From Methanoregula sp. (GTDB lineage: Archaea > Halobacteriota > Methanomicrobia > Methanomicrobiales > Methanospirillaceae), in contig JBDKTL010000027.1 in assembly GCA_039698055.1 (NCBI GenBank), positions 80,672 through 144,671 on the forward strand: DNA of 64,000 bases. The letters are read 5' to 3'. The notes beneath the pieces were generated by a model, which saw nothing but the letters and a program-made list of their open reading frames with translations, was not told the DNA's origin and made no database searches. The position numbers and the translations under genes are program-made. This document shows, piece after piece, positions 59,966-64,000 of the stretch (position 1 is the first letter of the stretch; each line of letters begins with the position of its first letter).

Positions 59966-61150
59966 ATGGCCGATGGCTTCATCCCGGAGGTTGTCATCTC
60001 AAACCAGCTCGAGAGATCAAAGGCCGAGCTCTTCTCCTTCATCGAGTCCAATGCCGAAGCCATCGACGAGAACTTCCCCTCCTTCTTCGGAAAAGTCGTC
60101 ACGATCCTCGACCGTGCAGGCGTCCCCATCCCCGACCAGCCGCATGACGAGTTCATCGATGCAATCGTCTACCGGGTCTTCGACGTCAGCAAGCGGGCAG
60201 AGGACGCGAGGTTTGTCAGCCGTGTCTGCGATATCGCCTGCGGTATGAAGCGGAAGAAAGAACGGAAGGCTGGTGTCTATCTTGCAGCCGCCGTCAAGTT
60301 GATGAAGATCGGTATGCCGCTTGCGGCGGCGGCCTACCTCCAGCCGTACCGGAAGCACGACGCTGTTGTGGGGTGCTGGCACGCCTACTGCTACTACATC
60401 CTCTATAAGGAAGGGTCGGCCGAGCCCGGCTACTCGGCCGCAGAACGGTGGAACTACCTGAAGGCCGCACGCCAGTATCTGGAGGAACTCGGGCAGCTCC
60501 GGCCGGGACTCCAGCGGCTGGTCAGGGGGGAACTCGAGCAGGACCCGTGGCTTGCCGAGCCGTTCTGGGTGATGATCTTCCTTGCGACCGAATGGGTGCC
60601 GGATAACCGCTGGTTCCTGGAGATCGGACTTTCGCGGGCAAAATGGGACAACAACAACGTGGCGCTGGTGAAGATGCTGCAGATCGGCCTCATACGGTTT
60701 CCCGCCGATATGCTCTTCTACCGGGAGGCCTACCACCTCAAGTTCGACCAGGGCGACCTCGCTGATGCCCTGGGCCTCATCCGCGACATGCTGCAACGGT
60801 TTCCCGACGACCCCGAGCCGGTCTACTACGGTCTCCGGACCGCCCTCTACCTCCCCCGGGAGGGAGAGTTCAACGAGTTCCGGACGCTTGCGGAAGAGAG
60901 GAAGATGCCGGGGCACGTCCTCTGCCTCATCGATTACGCATACGCCTTTCTCCGGGGACGGCGGGGGCAGGCGGGCCTCTGCCTTGACGAGTTCCGCAGG
61001 AGATACCCCTCGATGAACTACTACTCCGACCTGCTCCTCTTCGTCACCGCCGCCGGTGATGCCCCTGCCCGCCCGGACGGCGTCAACCAGGCGGTCTTCA
61101 CCTCGGTCGACCATTTCTGCAAGAGGATGCTCAAGATCGGCGATACGTGA
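59966..61150 (+). CDS. Hypothetical alpha-helical (TPR-like) protein
   Basis: Long ORF with high-GC3 codon bias; helical-repeat motifs (ALGLIRDMLQRFPDD, FRRRYP); start uncertain (59939-59966). Confidence 0.7.
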   Translation: MADGFIPEVVISNQLERSKAELFSFIESNAEAIDENFPSFFGKVVTILDRAGVPIPDQPHDEFIDAIVYRVFDVSKRAEDARFVSRVCDIACGMKRKKERKAGVYLAAAVKLMKIGMPLAAAAYLQPYRKHDAVVGCWHAYCYYILYKEGSAEPGYSAAERWNYLKAARQYLEELGQLRPGLQRLVRGELEQDPWLAEPFWVMIFLATEWVPDNRWFLEIGLSRAKWDNNNVALVKMLQIGLIRFPADMLFYREAYHLKFDQGDLADALGLIRDMLQRFPDDPEPVYYGLRTALYLPREGEFNEFRTLAEERKMPGHVLCLIDYAYAFLRGRRGQAGLCLDEFRRRYPSMNYYSDLLLFVTAAGDAPARPDGVNQAVFTSVDHFCKRMLKIGDT

Positions 61151-61224
61151 GAGCAGATCGCCCACCGTTGCCCCGGGGTGAACCCTGATGAGCCCTCACC
61201 GCCAACCTGCCTGCTGATACCACC

Positions 61225-62157
61225 ATGGCATACCGTTACCTCTTCGGCCCGGTCCCCTCCCGGCGCCTGGGCAGATCGCTCGGGATCGACCTGGTGCCGC
61301 AGAAGACCTGCACATTCAACTGCGTCTACTGCGAGTGCGGGCAGACGACCAACCTCACCTGCGAGCGGCGCGAGTACGTCCCGACGGACCGGGTCATCGC
61401 GGAGGTCGACGACTACCTCGCGACGGCGCCGGACCTCGACTACGTCACGTTCGCCGGTTCCGGGGAACCGACGCTCCACTCCGGGATCGGCGAGGTTATA
61501 ACCTTCATCAAGGACCGCTACCCCCGCTACCGCGTCGCGGTCCTGACGGGAAGCGCGCTCCTCGCGGACCCGGCTGTCCGGGCCGCCCTGATGCGGGCGG
61601 ACCTTGTCGTGCCGTCGCTCGATGCGATCTCCGAAGAGGTCTTCCTGAAGCTCAACCGCCCCTCTCCGGGCATCACCGCCGGGCGGGTCCTCGCGGGGCT
61701 CACTGCCTTCTCCCGGGAGTTTCCCGGCGAAGTCTGGCTTGAGGTTTTCATCGTCCCGGGCCAGAACGACACGGAAGAGGAACTCCTCCTCCTGAGAGAC
61801 GCCGTCGCTGCCATCGGTCCCGACCGCGTCCAGGTGAACACCCTCGATCGGCCCGGCACCGATATCCGGGTGAGACCGGCATCGCCCCGGACCCTTGAGC
61901 GGGTTGCAGCGGTCCTCGGCGGGAACGCGGAGGTGATCGGGGCGGCGCCGGATGAACCGGCGATGGTGCCGGAGGCGAGAGAGGTCGCCGATATCCTGCT
62001 CGCCACGCTCCGGCGCCGCCCCTGCACCGTCACCGACCTCGCCCGGCTCTCCGGCCTCCGGCCGGCCGAGGTGACGAAGTGCCTCCGCATCCTGGAACGG
62101 AGGGGGGCAGTCGAGCCGGTGCGAGAGGAGAGAGGAGTATTCTACCGGGCGACCTGA
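61225..62157 (+). CDS. Radical SAM protein with C-terminal HTH
   Basis: FGPVPSRRLGRSLGIDL, CTFNCVYC, TFAGSGEPTL, SLDA, QVNTLDRP. Confidence 0.9.
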   Translation: MAYRYLFGPVPSRRLGRSLGIDLVPQKTCTFNCVYCECGQTTNLTCERREYVPTDRVIAEVDDYLATAPDLDYVTFAGSGEPTLHSGIGEVITFIKDRYPRYRVAVLTGSALLADPAVRAALMRADLVVPSLDAISEEVFLKLNRPSPGITAGRVLAGLTAFSREFPGEVWLEVFIVPGQNDTEEELLLLRDAVAAIGPDRVQVNTLDRPGTDIRVRPASPRTLERVAAVLGGNAEVIGAAPDEPAMVPEAREVADILLATLRRRPCTVTDLARLSGLRPAEVTKCLRILERRGAVEPVREERGVFYRAT

Positions 62158-62221
62158 ACCCGGCCCGTACCCGCCACCGGCACGAATATGCCGTACCGGT
62201 GAGAGATACCTATGAGGATCC

Positions 62222-63271
62222 ATGGCGGTTGGTAAGGATATACTCACGACGCTTCATGCTCTCGTCGACCGGGATATAACGCTCATGCACATCTGCGGAA
62301 CCCACGAGGCGGCGATCGCCCGCGCCGGGCTCCGGAGCGTCCTTCCTGAGGGCCTCAAGATCGTGATGGGGCCGGGATGCCCGGTCTGCATCACGCCGCA
62401 GGGCGAGATCGATGCCGCGCTCGACCTGGTGGAGCGGGGCTGCACGGTCGCCACCTACGGCGACCTGTTGCGCGTCCCGGGGTCGAAGGGGTCGCTCGAG
62501 TCGAGCGGCGGGGACGTCCGGGTGGTGCAGGGCGTCCACAAGGCGGTGGAGATCGCGAGACGGGAGCCTGACCGGGATGTTGTCTTCATATCGGTCGGGT
62601 TCGAGACAACCGCGCCGACGGTCGCCGCCACGATCCTCTCCCGTCCGCCGGAGAACTTCTCGATCCTCTCGTGCCACCGGCTCGTCCCGCCGGCGATGGC
62701 GTGGCTTCTCGCCCAGGGGGAGGCGGCGCTTGACGGGTTCATCCTCCCGGGGCACGTCTGTGCGGTGATGGGCTACGCGGAGTACGAGCAGTTCGGAGCT
62801 CCCCAGGTCGTCGCAGGGTTCGAGCCGGAGGATATCCTCCTCGGCCTCCTCATGGCGGTGCAGCAGGTCCGCGAGGGTGCGCACCGGGTGGAGAACGCCT
62901 ACCCGCGCGTGGTCACCCGGGAGGGGAACGTCAAGGCGAAACACCTCATGTACGAGGTCTTCGAGCCGTTCGACGTCGAGTGGCGCGGGTTTCCGGTGAT
63001 ACCGGCATCAGGCCTCCGCCTGAAGCCGGAGTTCGAGGGCTATGACGCGCAGAAGAAGTATGATATCGCTATCCGGCACGTGGATAAGCACTCGGCCTGC
63101 ATCTGCGACAAGGTGCTGCGCGGCGTCGCCCGGCCGTCCGACTGCCGGCTCTTCGGGAAGGCCTGCACCCCGCGCACCCCCGTCGGCCCCTGCATGGTCA
63201 GCCACGAGGGGGCGTGCAAGATATGGCATCTCTACGAGTCGAGGAGAGCGCCAGGCCCCTCTCTCCGCTGA
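62222..63271 (+). CDS. hypD: Hydrogenase maturation protein HypD
   Basis: MHICGTHE, GPGCPVC, GFETT, PGHV, GFEP, WRG, C-terminal C...C....C....PVGPCMVSHEGAC. Confidence 0.96.
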   Translation: MAVGKDILTTLHALVDRDITLMHICGTHEAAIARAGLRSVLPEGLKIVMGPGCPVCITPQGEIDAALDLVERGCTVATYGDLLRVPGSKGSLESSGGDVRVVQGVHKAVEIARREPDRDVVFISVGFETTAPTVAATILSRPPENFSILSCHRLVPPAMAWLLAQGEAALDGFILPGHVCAVMGYAEYEQFGAPQVVAGFEPEDILLGLLMAVQQVREGAHRVENAYPRVVTREGNVKAKHLMYEVFEPFDVEWRGFPVIPASGLRLKPEFEGYDAQKKYDIAIRHVDKHSACICDKVLRGVARPSDCRLFGKACTPRTPVGPCMVSHEGACKIWHLYESRRAPGPSLR

Positions 63272-63305
63272 CCTTTTATACCATACCCAACAATATAATA
63301 TGGCA

Positions 63306-63377
63306 GTCTCGGTAGGGTAGTGGATATCCTGAAAGCCTCCGGAGCTTTCGACCCGGGTTCGAATCCCGGCCGGGGCG
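63306..63377 (+). tRNA. tRNA-Arg(CCG)
   Basis: Acceptor GTCTCGG/CCGGGGC (two G-U pairs), anticodon arm AAAGC-CTCCGGA-GCTTT, T-arm CCGGG-TTCGAAT-CCCGG; TTTTATA box upstream. Confidence 0.93.
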
Positions 63378-63511
63378 CTTCGATTTTGATATAAGTTCTC
63401 AAGCAGCGTGGTTTTCAGGGAGGGGACCCTGCGCGTATGAGCCGGTCCGGGCAGACTTCCGACCGGTGGTTTTTGGTTACGCCATAAACGCCGCCTCGTG
63501 CGGCGGGGCGA

Positions 63512-63895
63512 TCAGAAGTATTCGTCGTCGTCGTAGAGTCCCAGAGCGATCTCGTCCTCGATGGTCTCGACCTCTTTCCGCTCGATCGCCTCCTCCCGCC
63601 GCCGGTAGAGGTCCCTGACGGCGTAGGGGGGCGGGCTGCCGCCCGAGAGTTCCGCGATCTCAAGGAGGGCCTCGCCGATGCGGTCAAGGTCGCCGGACTC
63701 GCCTATCTCGACACGAAATTGGCCGAGATACGGTCCTGTGATGTAGGCAAACCTCCCCGGGACCGAATGGACCATGAGTATCCGGTCAGCCTCCCCGGCC
63801 ATACGGGGTTCAACTTCGATCTCCAGGACCGCAGGCGATATCTCGATCGTCTCGATATCGCCGGTTCCGAAGTCCTGCACGATTTGCAGTCTCAT
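63512..63895 (-). CDS. Hypothetical protein with acidic C-terminus
   Basis: GGAGAGAGG SD-like motif upstream; codon usage matches the high-GC segment. Confidence 0.65.
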   Translation of the reverse strand: MRLQIVQDFGTGDIETIEISPAVLEIEVEPRMAGEADRILMVHSVPGRFAYITGPYLGQFRVEIGESGDLDRIGEALLEIAELSGGSPPPYAVRDLYRRREEAIERKEVETIEDEIALGLYDDDEYF

Positions 63896-64000
63896 GCCGT
63901 TCCTCTCCTCCTTCTGCGACGCACACCCTTCTCCGGGAGGCAGAACCGGTCTTCATGGATAGTCTCCCGTAAGCCCGGGTATACCTTTCCTGGGTCTCTG

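Noticed and set aside
60017-62944. Long minus-strand ORFs (382, 408 and 244 aa)
   Set aside because: Antisense shadows expected in the high-GC segment, opposite the hypothetical, radical SAM and hypD genes

Overview
Archaeal methanogen DNA (Methanomicrobiales-like). Bases 1 to ~58.85 kb have moderate GC and A/T-rich intergenic tracts and look Methanoregula-like (taxonomy inferred from gene content and codon style only). This part carries the archaeal aromatic amino acid operon (aroA', aroB', tyrA, pheA, aroA, aroK-aroE fusion, aroC; aroD), a sulfurtransferase, a U32/RlhA-like protein, tpiA, an uncharacterised RLAN / RimK-like ATP-grasp / YkgJ / GCS2 peptide-ligase operon, an ADP-forming acyl-CoA synthetase, a REC-PAS-PAS-diadenylate cyclase, TFE-beta-like and Sm genes, three fructose-bisphosphate enzymes, cdc48-hsp20, a 7TM histidine kinase, a ThiC/BzaF-family enzyme, purH, grpE-dnaK-dnaJ, trmG10, a 4080-aa all-TPR protein and an aminotransferase. 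At a tRNA-Thr(GGT) gene whose two acceptor-stem strands do not match, the DNA switches abruptly to a GC-richer, Methanoculleus-like style (TIM-barrel protein, radical SAM, hypD, tRNA-Arg). This is most simply a chimeric join of two genomes inside the tRNA. No CRISPR array, transposase or integrase was seen. The best candidates for new biology are the peptide-ligase operon with its upstream leader ORF, the signal-coupled diadenylate cyclase and the giant TPR protein with an 8-repeat super-duplication.
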